Shown here: piece after piece, positions 27,176 through 34,924 of the stretch
Layout: each line of letters begins with the position of its first letter
Position numbering within the stretch: position 1 is the first letter of the stretch
Source: Candidatus Pacearchaeota archaeon
GTDB taxonomy: Archaea > Nanobdellota > Nanobdellia > Pacearchaeales > GW2011-AR1
Direction of reading: 5' to 3'
DNA: 64,000 nt
Assembly (NCBI GenBank): GCA_041660485.1
Contig: JBAZWF010000001.1
Coordinates: forward strand, 410,224 to 474,223
Program-made: the position numbers and the translations under genes
Notes under the pieces: model-generated
What the model was told of the DNA's origin: nothing
The model's input: only the letters and a program-made list of their open reading frames with translations
Databases searched by the model: none

Positions 27176-27196
27176 CAGTTTTGTGAAACAAAACTG
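27176..27196. terminator. Hairpin between the convergent srp54 and bud32 genes
   Basis: cagttttgt-gaa-acaaaactg (9-bp stem) directly after the bud32 stop. Confidence 0.35.
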
Positions 27197-27199
27197 CAA

Positions 27200-27823
27200 T
27201 TAAATCTTCTCTTTATATCTTCCTCTGCTTTCAACAACTTTTAATCTTTCAACAACCTGCGAATCATTTTTAGAAATCTTATAACCTTTCATAATCGCCT
27301 TAAAATACTCTTCCCAATCTTCAAAATGTTTTGCTTCCAAAGCTTGTTTAATTAAATGCAAATCAACAGCTTTGTCTTCAATTCTTTCTGAATGAAATCC
27401 CAACCCAAAATCAATAAACCATACTTCATTATTTTTATCAAGAATAATATTGCTTGTCGTCAAATCTCCATGAATAATATTACTATCATGCAACTTTGCA
27501 ATTGACTGCCCAATTTTCTGACAAATCTCCAAAGCTTTTTTCTCAGGTAGTTTATCAAGATATTCAGAAAGTTTTTTTCCTTTTATCTCAGGCATAACTA
27601 TTTTAGTTGATTTCTTATCTTTTTGCTCTTCAGGTTTTGGCGCATTAATAATCTTGCTTGCTTTTTCAAGTAATTTTGTTTCTTGGCGAGTTCTTAATAT
27701 TCTAATTTTACTATCAATTTCTTTTAATCTATAACCTTTCTCAATTCTGTCTTTTATAACTTTATCATTCGATAAAACAATATTTGCCTCTGCTCCTGAT
27801 GCAATTATTTTCCCACTAATCAT
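27200..27823 (-). CDS. bud32: Bud32/PRPK-type atypical kinase (KEOPS subunit)
   Basis: 207 aa, GAEANI Gly-loop, IIHGDLTTSNIIL catalytic loop, FIDFGLG. Stand-alone, not fused to Kae1. Confidence 0.8.
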   Translation of the reverse strand: MISGKIIASGAEANIVLSNDKVIKDRIEKGYRLKEIDSKIRILRTRQETKLLEKASKIINAPKPEEQKDKKSTKIVMPEIKGKKLSEYLDKLPEKKALEICQKIGQSIAKLHDSNIIHGDLTTSNIILDKNNEVWFIDFGLGFHSERIEDKAVDLHLIKQALEAKHFEDWEEYFKAIMKGYKISKNDSQVVERLKVVESRGRYKEKI

Positions 27824-27872
27824 ATATTTTTAATTCTCATAATGCTTAAATATCCTTCTCTTATATAATTTT

Positions 27873-28409
27873 ATGGTAAAACTAAGTGGAAATATTTTTA
27901 ATAGAATGCGAGGAAGCCTTAATACAACATTTCATCCTAATGAAGTTCACGAAGGCATGCTTACTACTCGAGGCTTAAGACTAATAAAACCTTCAATTGA
28001 TTCTATTCCTGAAGTTAAATGGGCATTTCTGACTGATAAAAGATTTTGCAATGAAAAAATATACAAAGAATTTGAAAGATTTATGCCTCCTGGATTTGAA
28101 TTAGTCTCACCTCCTGCTGAACAAGATGCTTTTACCTATGCTTTAAACCTCAACGGACAAATGAATAGAATGAAATTCCTATTTGAATTAAATAAAAATT
28201 ATTTAAGGGATCGTAAACCTGAAAGTGGAAGTATCATTGCTTACTATTTAGAAGATTCACTTGAGATTGACCCAATCCATGCAGGAATTTATGCAGGTAA
28301 TGAAAGAGTTAATTCAAGATTTTCTCTAGGTTATCCTGTTGTACAACATCCCATAAATGACATCCCATATTCTGAATTTCACTATGAATGCTATAAAAAA
28401 CGTAGTTAA
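27873..28409 (+). CDS. Hypothetical protein (178 aa)
   Basis: ORF only. PIHAGIYAG is reminiscent of papain-fold amidases, but no convincing Cys partner is present. Confidence 0.4.
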   Translation: MVKLSGNIFNRMRGSLNTTFHPNEVHEGMLTTRGLRLIKPSIDSIPEVKWAFLTDKRFCNEKIYKEFERFMPPGFELVSPPAEQDAFTYALNLNGQMNRMKFLFELNKNYLRDRKPESGSIIAYYLEDSLEIDPIHAGIYAGNERVNSRFSLGYPVVQHPINDIPYSEFHYECYKKRS

Positions 28410-28607
28410 ATAAATATACTATATCTCTACCAAATTTTTAATAAGCTATCTTAAAGATTAATTAGTTCACGTTAGAAAATTGCAATCAAAAGAGCCGAGC
28501 TTGCAAAGCAATATCAAATAAATTATCTATTTCAATATAATTTTAATTATATTAAAAAAATAAAAAACAAAGAAGAAGAAAAATAAAAAAATAAAATTCT
28601 TTATGCT

Positions 28608-30113
28608 TTAGCAAGAGAAACTATATGCTGCATTTTGGGTTCCACCTACATAACTTTGATAAGTTATTGATGTAAGTTTTATTTTAGCTCCGTCAGATAA
28701 TGTAAATAGTTGTCCATTAATAAGCTGTCCAGTACTTTCTCCATTAACTGTAAACATAGCTTTTAATGAGTCAAGATCCATTAATTTAACTGCATAAGTT
28801 TTACCTTTACATACGAGATTCTTAGTCTGAACTTCATTTAATGTATCTGTTAATGTTGAAGTCAAATCAGTATTACACTTTCCAGCATCACATCCGTTTG
28901 CACAAATAGCTATTTCATAGCTTAAAGTTTGTGCTGTTGCAGAAGGGCATTTAAACTCTAGTAAGGTAGTTGGTCCTAAACAAATATCTTCTCCAGCATA
29001 TAATTTATTGCTAGAAGTTACTTCTGTCTTTCCTTTAACAAATGAAGGCGAAACCATTGCTCTATCACTATCAATACAACTTGTAGCTATACAAGCTTTA
29101 TTTAAACAACCATTTTCACAATTTATTTCTTGTTTAATTACTTGATCTCCGTTTACATTATATAACAAATAATTTGTTACTATCTGTAAATCTAAAACAT
29201 CTGCTTTTTTATCTCCATTTAAATCAGCCCTATTACATTCAGAAGTTATAGAACCTGAAGGCAAGCATGTATCTCTAAGGAATGTAACATCTGCTTCATC
29301 TACAACTCTATCTTTGTTTATATCATACATTTGACTGTAAAATATATTTACATTACAGTTATATTCAACTAATTTTTTACCATCACATACATCAGTAAAT
29401 GTTGTTTTTTCTGTTTTTGTATTAGTTGCAGTTACCACGCCAGTTACCTCATCTTTAGTACATGTTGGTCCAGCAATGCTACAATAAAATGAAGCATATT
29501 CAACTCCATTTGATGCTTTAATTTTTGAATTTTTAATTACTCCTGGACAAACAGTTGATACTGAAGTAAATTTCCCATCTTGACAATAATACTCTATAAT
29601 ATTATTTCCAGAATACGAGTCTGCATAAACTTCCATAGATGCACCACTTCCTAATTCAACAACTCCTGCACGAAGAGGATAGTTTCCATCTGTATCTTTA
29701 CAAACTGGAGAAATACATTGTCCAACTTTTTCTACAGTAGTAGTTCCCATCTGTACAGTTTTTTCTTCACATCCTACCGGGCACGGAACTGTTACAGTCA
29801 TAAGTGTATTAACATCTACAGTTTTTTCCTGTACTAAACAAATTCCAAGAAATTTTCGGCCAGGACAATATTTTGATGGAACTTTTGAGATATAAGTTTC
29901 AGTAACTCCACTTGAAGCTACTCCTTGATTTGTACAAAGATCTTTATTTATTGCACCATTCCAAACAACTCCGGCAAAATACTTATTATTTCCATTATCA
30001 CTTTCTTGCCATTCAGTAGGAGACAAACTAACTATTGCATCTTCAGCAATAACTCCAGCACTCATTAAAACAACTAATGCGAGAGAAATTCCTAATATTA
30101 AATTCTTTTTCAT
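28608..30113 (-). CDS. Secreted Cys-rich repeat protein with a dockerin-like double Ca-binding repeat
   Basis: Signal peptide MKKNLILGISLALVVLMSAGVIA. DINKDRVVDEADVTFL and DLNGDKKADVLDLQIVTNYLL resemble dockerin type I repeats. Recurrent ..EY.C../..GC..G.C modules. Strong SD GGAGGT upstream. Confidence 0.6.
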   Translation of the reverse strand: MKKNLILGISLALVVLMSAGVIAEDAIVSLSPTEWQESDNGNNKYFAGVVWNGAINKDLCTNQGVASSGVTETYISKVPSKYCPGRKFLGICLVQEKTVDVNTLMTVTVPCPVGCEEKTVQMGTTTVEKVGQCISPVCKDTDGNYPLRAGVVELGSGASMEVYADSYSGNNIIEYYCQDGKFTSVSTVCPGVIKNSKIKASNGVEYASFYCSIAGPTCTKDEVTGVVTATNTKTEKTTFTDVCDGKKLVEYNCNVNIFYSQMYDINKDRVVDEADVTFLRDTCLPSGSITSECNRADLNGDKKADVLDLQIVTNYLLYNVNGDQVIKQEINCENGCLNKACIATSCIDSDRAMVSPSFVKGKTEVTSSNKLYAGEDICLGPTTLLEFKCPSATAQTLSYEIAICANGCDAGKCNTDLTSTLTDTLNEVQTKNLVCKGKTYAVKLMDLDSLKAMFTVNGESTGQLINGQLFTLSDGAKIKLTSITYQSYVGGTQNAAYSFSC

Positions 30114-30289
30114 TTTTACCTCCTTTCACTTCTTTTATCTCATAAATGAGATATTACTATTAAAAAAAACAGATATTTAAATATTATGCTTTAACAATAA
30201 AAGATTAGAAAATCAATATCTGTAAATTTATTTTATATTATTCTAAATATTTGAAAATTTAGTAATATTTAAGAAATTAATAAAAATAA

Positions 30290-30303
30290 ATAGCCCCGCC
30301 AGG
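30290..30303 (-). repeat. Pseudo-copy of the tRNA-Gln 3' end
   Basis: atagccccgccagg versus atagccctgccagg at 30401-30414 (13 of 14), 111 nt downstream on the tRNA strand. Confidence 0.65.
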
Positions 30304-30342
30304 CACTTAAAATTTATTCTAAATTTTGGTGACTATGATTTT

Positions 30343-30378
30343 TTACAAAATCAAGTATTCGAACACTTGAGTTTGTAA
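30343..30378. repeat. Long hairpin capped by a T-loop-like sequence in the tRNA-Gln downstream element
   Basis: tRNA-strand reading: TTACAAACTCAAGT-GTTCGAAT-ACTTGATTTTGTAA. The stem sequence is related to the Val element hairpin. Confidence 0.6.
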
Positions 30379-30401
30379 GAACGAAAGTAGGTGAGAATCA
30401 A

Positions 30402-30525
30402 TAGCCCTGCCAGGATTCGAACCTGGGTCACAAGCTTTCTCCGATGTTCGCTCGCGATAATATTAATGGGTCTCGCAAACAACCTCGCCAAAGGCTCGTA
30501 GATTTGACCGCTGTCCTACAGGGCT
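30402..30525 (-). tRNA. tRNA-Gln (anticodon UUG) with a 51-nt intron at 37/38
   Basis: Reverse complement: acceptor AGCCCTG/CAGGGCT, anticodon stem CGAGC/GCTTG, loop CT-TTG-G[intron]A, T arm CCAGG-TTCGAAT-CCTGG, discriminator A. The D stem is only 3 bp. Confidence 0.75.
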
Positions 30526-30547
30526 ATTAATTTAAACAAAACTATTA

Positions 30548-30557
30548 GTTTAAAATA
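30548..30557 (-). promoter_or_regulatory. TATA-like box upstream of tRNA-Gln
   Basis: Minus-strand TATTTTAAAC centred about 27 nt upstream of tRNA position 1. Confidence 0.4.
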
Positions 30558-30681
30558 CTTTGCTATATCATTATTCCCTATAAAAAATACAAAATAACAA
30601 GGTTTAAAAACAACATTTCAGAAAGAACAATATAACAACGCAAGGTTCCTGGAGTCATCAGAACCCGGCGGAGGTTTTGAT

Positions 30682-31050
30682 ATGGCAAAAGAAGAAAAAG
30701 AAAAAACAACAGAAGATAAAAAAATGCCAGAAAGAGCAAAAGTAGAAGACATAGAAGCAATAGTCATTGACTTAGCTAAAAAAGGAACATCTCCTTCAAA
30801 AATAGGAATAATTTTAAAGGAAAAATACGGAGTTCAAAAAATAAAGCTTCTTGGCAAAAAAATCTCAAAAATATTAAAAGAAAATAAAATTAGTTATGAA
30901 GACGATCATGTATCTATTCAAAATAAAATTAAATCTCTTGAAAAACATTATGAAAAAAATAAGCAAGACAAAAGAGCAGAAAGAGAAATTGTTAGATATA
31001 TTGGACTTAGAAAAAAAATTGAAAAGTACAAAATAAAAAAAGGTGAATAA
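30682..31050 (+). CDS. rps15: 30S ribosomal protein S15 (archaeal S15P/S13e)
   Basis: VEDIEAIVIDLAKKGTSPSKIGIILKEKYGV..IK..GKKISKIL. SD GGAGGT 8 nt upstream. The stop abuts the next gene. Confidence 0.8.
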   Translation: MAKEEKEKTTEDKKMPERAKVEDIEAIVIDLAKKGTSPSKIGIILKEKYGVQKIKLLGKKISKILKENKISYEDDHVSIQNKIKSLEKHYEKNKQDKRAEREIVRYIGLRKKIEKYKIKKGE

Positions 31051-32367
31051 ATGTTAGCCTCTATAAAAGAGGTTGCAAAGCAATTCCTTGCTAAAACAGA
31101 AAATAAATCGATACAGGTTATAAGTCATCATGATACAGATGGAATAACTTCTGCATCAATTCTTACAAAAGCATTGCAAAGACTAGGTAAAGAATTTTCA
31201 GTAAGGATTGTGAAACAACTTGAAGAAAAAACAATAAAAGAACTGCAACAAGACAGAGTTATAATTTTTCTAGATCTTGCATCAAATAGCTTTGATTATA
31301 TTAAACAACTTAAAACTGAAGTATTTATTTTTGACCATCATGAAATTAATTCAGAAATTCCACAAAATGTTACAATAATAAATCCGCATTTGTTTAATGA
31401 AGAAGAAATCAGTGGAGCAGGCTTAACATATTTATTTGCAAAGGAATTAAGTGAACAAAATATTGATCTTGCCTATCTTGCAATAATTGGAATGGTTGGA
31501 GATATGCTTGAAAAAAATATTGGAAAAATATATAATACAATAATAAAAGATTCAAAAGTTATTGTAAAAAAAGGATTGATAATGTATCCTGCAACACGTC
31601 CAATAAATAAAATATTAGAATATAGTTCTGAAATTTATATACCTGGAGTTACTGGTTCAAGTTACGGAGCATCAAATTTTCTAAGAGAAATAGATATAAA
31701 ACCAGTTAATGGACAATATCAAAGTCTTATAGAACTAACTGAAGAAGAAACCTCTAAATTAATTACTGCAATTGCTCTTCAACGTTCAGACAATCAAGAC
31801 CATTCAGATTTAATAGGAAATATTTATCTTGTTAATTTTTTTAGCAGACTTGAAGATGTAAGGCAAATAAGTGCGATGATAAATGCCTGCAGTCGTCTAG
31901 GTGAAAGTGGAACAGCAATTTCATTTTGCCTTCAAAATAAAAAAGCAAAGACAAAAGCAGATAATATTTACACAAAATATAAGCAAAGTATTGTAAAAGC
32001 TCTTGAAAGTCTTCCAAAAATCAAAAAAATTGAAAAAAAGAATTATTTAATTATTCAAGCAGAAGATAAAATTCAAGATACCATTATAGGAACAATTGCA
32101 AGTATACTTTCTAACTCAAAATCTTATGAAGATGGCAAAGCAATAATTGCAATGGCTTACAATGAAGATAAAATAAAAGTCTCTGCAAGAGTTGTTGGAA
32201 AAAACGGAAAAAACATTCGTGAGCTTTTAAGCTCTGTAATTGATGAAGTTGGAGGCGAAGTTGGAGGGCATAAGTTTGCAGCCGGCTGTTTAGTTGAAAA
32301 AAACAAAGAAAAAGAGTTCCTTGATATGCTTCAAAAAAAGCTTGAAATTGAGCTAGTTAAAATTTGA
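31051..32367 (+). CDS. DHH-family RecJ-like / GAN (Cdc45-like) nuclease
   Basis: DHH motifs HHDTDGITSA, IFDHH, GDM and GGHKFAAG. The conserved archaeal rps15-recJ neighbourhood supports the call. Confidence 0.75.
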   Translation: MLASIKEVAKQFLAKTENKSIQVISHHDTDGITSASILTKALQRLGKEFSVRIVKQLEEKTIKELQQDRVIIFLDLASNSFDYIKQLKTEVFIFDHHEINSEIPQNVTIINPHLFNEEEISGAGLTYLFAKELSEQNIDLAYLAIIGMVGDMLEKNIGKIYNTIIKDSKVIVKKGLIMYPATRPINKILEYSSEIYIPGVTGSSYGASNFLREIDIKPVNGQYQSLIELTEEETSKLITAIALQRSDNQDHSDLIGNIYLVNFFSRLEDVRQISAMINACSRLGESGTAISFCLQNKKAKTKADNIYTKYKQSIVKALESLPKIKKIEKKNYLIIQAEDKIQDTIIGTIASILSNSKSYEDGKAIIAMAYNEDKIKVSARVVGKNGKNIRELLSSVIDEVGGEVGGHKFAAGCLVEKNKEKEFLDMLQKKLEIELVKI

Positions 32368-32526
32368 CTCATATAAAATTATAATAAAAGTAATATTATC
32401 AATATTGCTAGATATTCCTTCTAACAAAACTTTAAAAACCTAATCTATATTCTATTCTCATTGGGTTGCTAAACAATTAAAGGAAAGGTAGTGTTAGGAA
32501 AACCTTTGGTTGTCCCACATTTTATA

Positions 32527-33225
32527 ATGAAAGAATATCATGAAGGCGAGATAATTCTCTGTACAGTAACAGACATAGTTAAAACAACAGTATTTGTAGA
32601 AACTGAAGATGGGAAAAAAGGAAGCATAGTTTTCAGCGAAGTAGCTCCAGGAAGAATTAGAAATATAAGAGATTATGTAGTTCCTCAAAAGATAATTGTT
32701 TGTAAAGTTCTTAATATTGCACCAGATCACTTATTTCTAAGCTTAAGAAGAGTAAAAGATAAAGAAAAAAAAGAAATGTTAGAAGTATTCAAGAGAGAAA
32801 AGCGTCTTATTGAAGTTATGAAAAAATTAATTGGTGAAAATTCAGTAAATATAGTTAAAAAAATAAATGAAAAATATACTTTAGCAGAATTTATAGAAAA
32901 TGCAAGAGAAAATCCAAAAATAATTGAAGAGTATTTTGATAAAGAGCAATCAATAAGAATAACTGATGTTTTAAAAGAAAAAAAAGAAAAAGAGCGTGAA
33001 ATAAAACAAGAATTTCTGCTTTCATCAAAAGCTTCAGATGGAATAATCAAAATCAAAAAAATCCTTTCAAAATATAATAATATCAATTATCTTGGCAGTT
33101 CAAAATATGTAATAAAAATAAAATCCACAAATCTAAAGCAAGCAGACTCTCACATTTCTGAAATGATAGAAGATATTGAAAAACAAGCTAAAAAAGAAAA
33201 GTGTGAGTTTGCAATAAAAAAATAA
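32527..33225 (+). CDS. Translation initiation factor aIF2 alpha subunit
   Basis: S1 domain GEIILCTVTDIV.., then SEVAPGRIRNIRDYV and LSLRRV. The ORF track begins at GTG 32491; ATG 32527 (MKEYHEGE) is more likely. Confidence 0.7.
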   Translation: MKEYHEGEIILCTVTDIVKTTVFVETEDGKKGSIVFSEVAPGRIRNIRDYVVPQKIIVCKVLNIAPDHLFLSLRRVKDKEKKEMLEVFKREKRLIEVMKKLIGENSVNIVKKINEKYTLAEFIENARENPKIIEEYFDKEQSIRITDVLKEKKEKEREIKQEFLLSSKASDGIIKIKKILSKYNNINYLGSSKYVIKIKSTNLKQADSHISEMIEDIEKQAKKEKCEFAIKK

Positions 33226-33522
33226 CTAAGCATAAATCTTTTTCTTAGGCATTATTACTTCATCAAAAAGTTCAACCATTTTTTTAACAAAGGGATTTTG
33301 TATATTTAATTTATACAGCTGAGCATTCCCTATTTGTCTTGTAAATACAATCATTTTACTGCTCAAAAGATCATCAAATATCCTAAATAAAGTAGTTCTT
33401 CCAATTTCTGCTCCTTCTGCAATATCTGAAATACTATAATCTAATTCTCTGCCCTCTATAAAAAACTCCAAAACCCTTATTTTAGGAGTATCTCCTAGTG
33501 CTTTTCTAAACAATGTTTCCAT
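33226..33522 (-). CDS. Small winged-helix DNA-binding protein
   Basis: 98 aa. IRVLEFFIEGRELDYSISDIAEGAEIGRTTLFRIFDDLLSSKMIV is typical of a wHTH. Confidence 0.55.
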   Translation of the reverse strand: METLFRKALGDTPKIRVLEFFIEGRELDYSISDIAEGAEIGRTTLFRIFDDLLSSKMIVFTRQIGNAQLYKLNIQNPFVKKMVELFDEVIMPKKKIYA

Positions 33523-33628
33523 AGAATAATATTATATAACTTATTTATAAATGTTCCTATAATGAAACATTAATGTTTCATAATAAAACAAGGCAATATA
33601 TTAATAACTATAAATCTTATTTAGTAAT

Positions 33629-33889
33629 ATGGAATTGCAACAAGCAATTATGAAAAGATTTCTCAGAAAACTAATTAACCTTAATATTTGGGGTGGAAGA
33701 CATACAGAAATAAAAAATCTCCAAAAAGCCCTCCCAGATCATTTGCGTGGAAGCAAAGAAGCAAAAGAAGCTATAAAAGAACTCATTAAAAACGAATTTA
33801 TATTAATTAAAATGTCAACAGGAGAGCAACATATCTCCCTAAATAGTCATAAACAAAAAGAAATCTTTGAATTTTTAGAAAAAGAATAA
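33629..33889 (+). CDS. Hypothetical protein (86 aa)
   Basis: ORF only. Confidence 0.35.
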   Translation: MELQQAIMKRFLRKLINLNIWGGRHTEIKNLQKALPDHLRGSKEAKEAIKELIKNEFILIKMSTGEQHISLNSHKQKEIFEFLEKE

Positions 33890-33961
33890 AAAACACTCAA
33901 GAATTTTAAATTCTTGGTGCATCAAATTTTTAAAAATTTAATGAAAAGAAAATTAAATTAA

Positions 33962-34486
33962 TTATTTTGGAAATCCTGCATCAGCATATTGTAAAAGTTC
34001 TTTATCAATACAAAGATATTGCACAATAACTTTAGAATCTTTAACCCAACCACTTTGAGATTGCATTTGGGTTAAATCTAATGTTTGATCACAAGATATA
34101 ATTCCTTCATTATCATAATCAAAATATTTTGTATTTGGAAAAACTATTCCTCCAAATCCTATTAAACATTCTTTATTTGTTCCACATTCAGTATGTCCAT
34201 TTGTTATTTTAATTGGTTTATTATCTCGTTGAGTTATACCTAACCAAATTTTCCCGGTTGTTTTTGCATCACCAAACATTTCTCCAATACCTGAATATGT
34301 AGCTTTATAAGATAATGTTGTCAATTTCGCGTCAACCTCTGCCTTTGTATAAACCTGCTGATAACCTTGTCCATAGGTAAATACTCTAATAACATTTCCA
34401 GTTATTCCTGCAGTAATTAATGTAATAGCAATTGTAACTACAATTGTAATACCAACAATTGCCCAAATTTGTTTACTATTTTTCAT
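33962..34486 (-). CDS. Membrane-anchored extracellular hypothetical protein
   Basis: The track start (GTG 34501) includes the SD. ATG 34486 gives MKNSKQIWAIVGITIVVTIAITLITAGITG. The leader is shared with the 28608-30113 gene. Confidence 0.5.
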   Translation of the reverse strand: MKNSKQIWAIVGITIVVTIAITLITAGITGNVIRVFTYGQGYQQVYTKAEVDAKLTTLSYKATYSGIGEMFGDAKTTGKIWLGITQRDNKPIKITNGHTECGTNKECLIGFGGIVFPNTKYFDYDNEGIISCDQTLDLTQMQSQSGWVKDSKVIVQYLCIDKELLQYADAGFPK

Positions 34487-34584
34487 TTTACCTCCTTTCA
34501 CTTCGTTTATTAATTTAATTCTCTATAATTGAGAACTCAAAAGTTAAAGAAAAGATATATATATATTTCGGAATTAGATTTCAT

Positions 34585-34722
34585 ATGAATCTCAAAAAAT
34601 GCCCAAAATGTGCAACCTATACCCTCAAAGATATTTGCCCAAAATGTGCAACTAAAACCTTAGAAGCTCACTATAAATTCAGAGAAAGATTTTTGAAAAA
34701 TAGCCAAGAAAGTATTAAGTAA
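34585..34722 (+). CDS. nop10: H/ACA RNP protein Nop10 (45 aa, below the ORF-track cutoff)
   Basis: MNLKKCPKCATYTLKDICPKCATKTLEAHYKFRERFLKNSQESIK: Zn-ribbon CPKC..CPKC followed by AH..F, as in archaeal Nop10. Confidence 0.7.
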   Translation: MNLKKCPKCATYTLKDICPKCATKTLEAHYKFRERFLKNSQESIK

Positions 34723-34839
34723 ACACCCAATATCTTTTCTTAATTTTATATAGTTTAAATAAATTATAAATTACTTAAATTATGTGACATCACTTTCCAG
34801 ACAATAAAATATCTTGCCGATAGGCAAGCAATCACTCGC

Positions 34840-34896
34840 GAGCCGAGAAACTTTGCGAGGTTTAGCAAAGTTCTGGATGAGCAAAGTTTCGAGTAA
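34840..34896 (+). repeat. 57-nt GC-enriched conserved element, copy 1 (candidate structured RNA)
   Basis: gagccgagaaactttgcgaggtttagcaaagttctggatgagcaaagtttcgagtaa. The reverse complement of 52844-52900 differs at only a few positions. Internal complementarity: AACTTTGC with two GCAAAGTT copies. Confidence 0.7.
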
Positions 34897-34924
34897 AAGT
34901 GAGCGAGATTAATTCTTTTTATTT

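Noticed and set aside
27873-28409. Papain-fold (NlpC/P60 or LRAT-like) amidase, based on PIHAGIYAG
   Set aside because: No appropriately spaced catalytic Cys motif could be identified, and the spacing to the C-terminal ECY is too short for LRAT-type domains. Kept as hypothetical.
34785-34915. H/ACA guide RNA next to nop10
   Set aside because: No hairpin-pocket-ACA arrangement or K-turn could be drawn. ACA trinucleotides are not positioned 14-16 nt from a plausible pocket.
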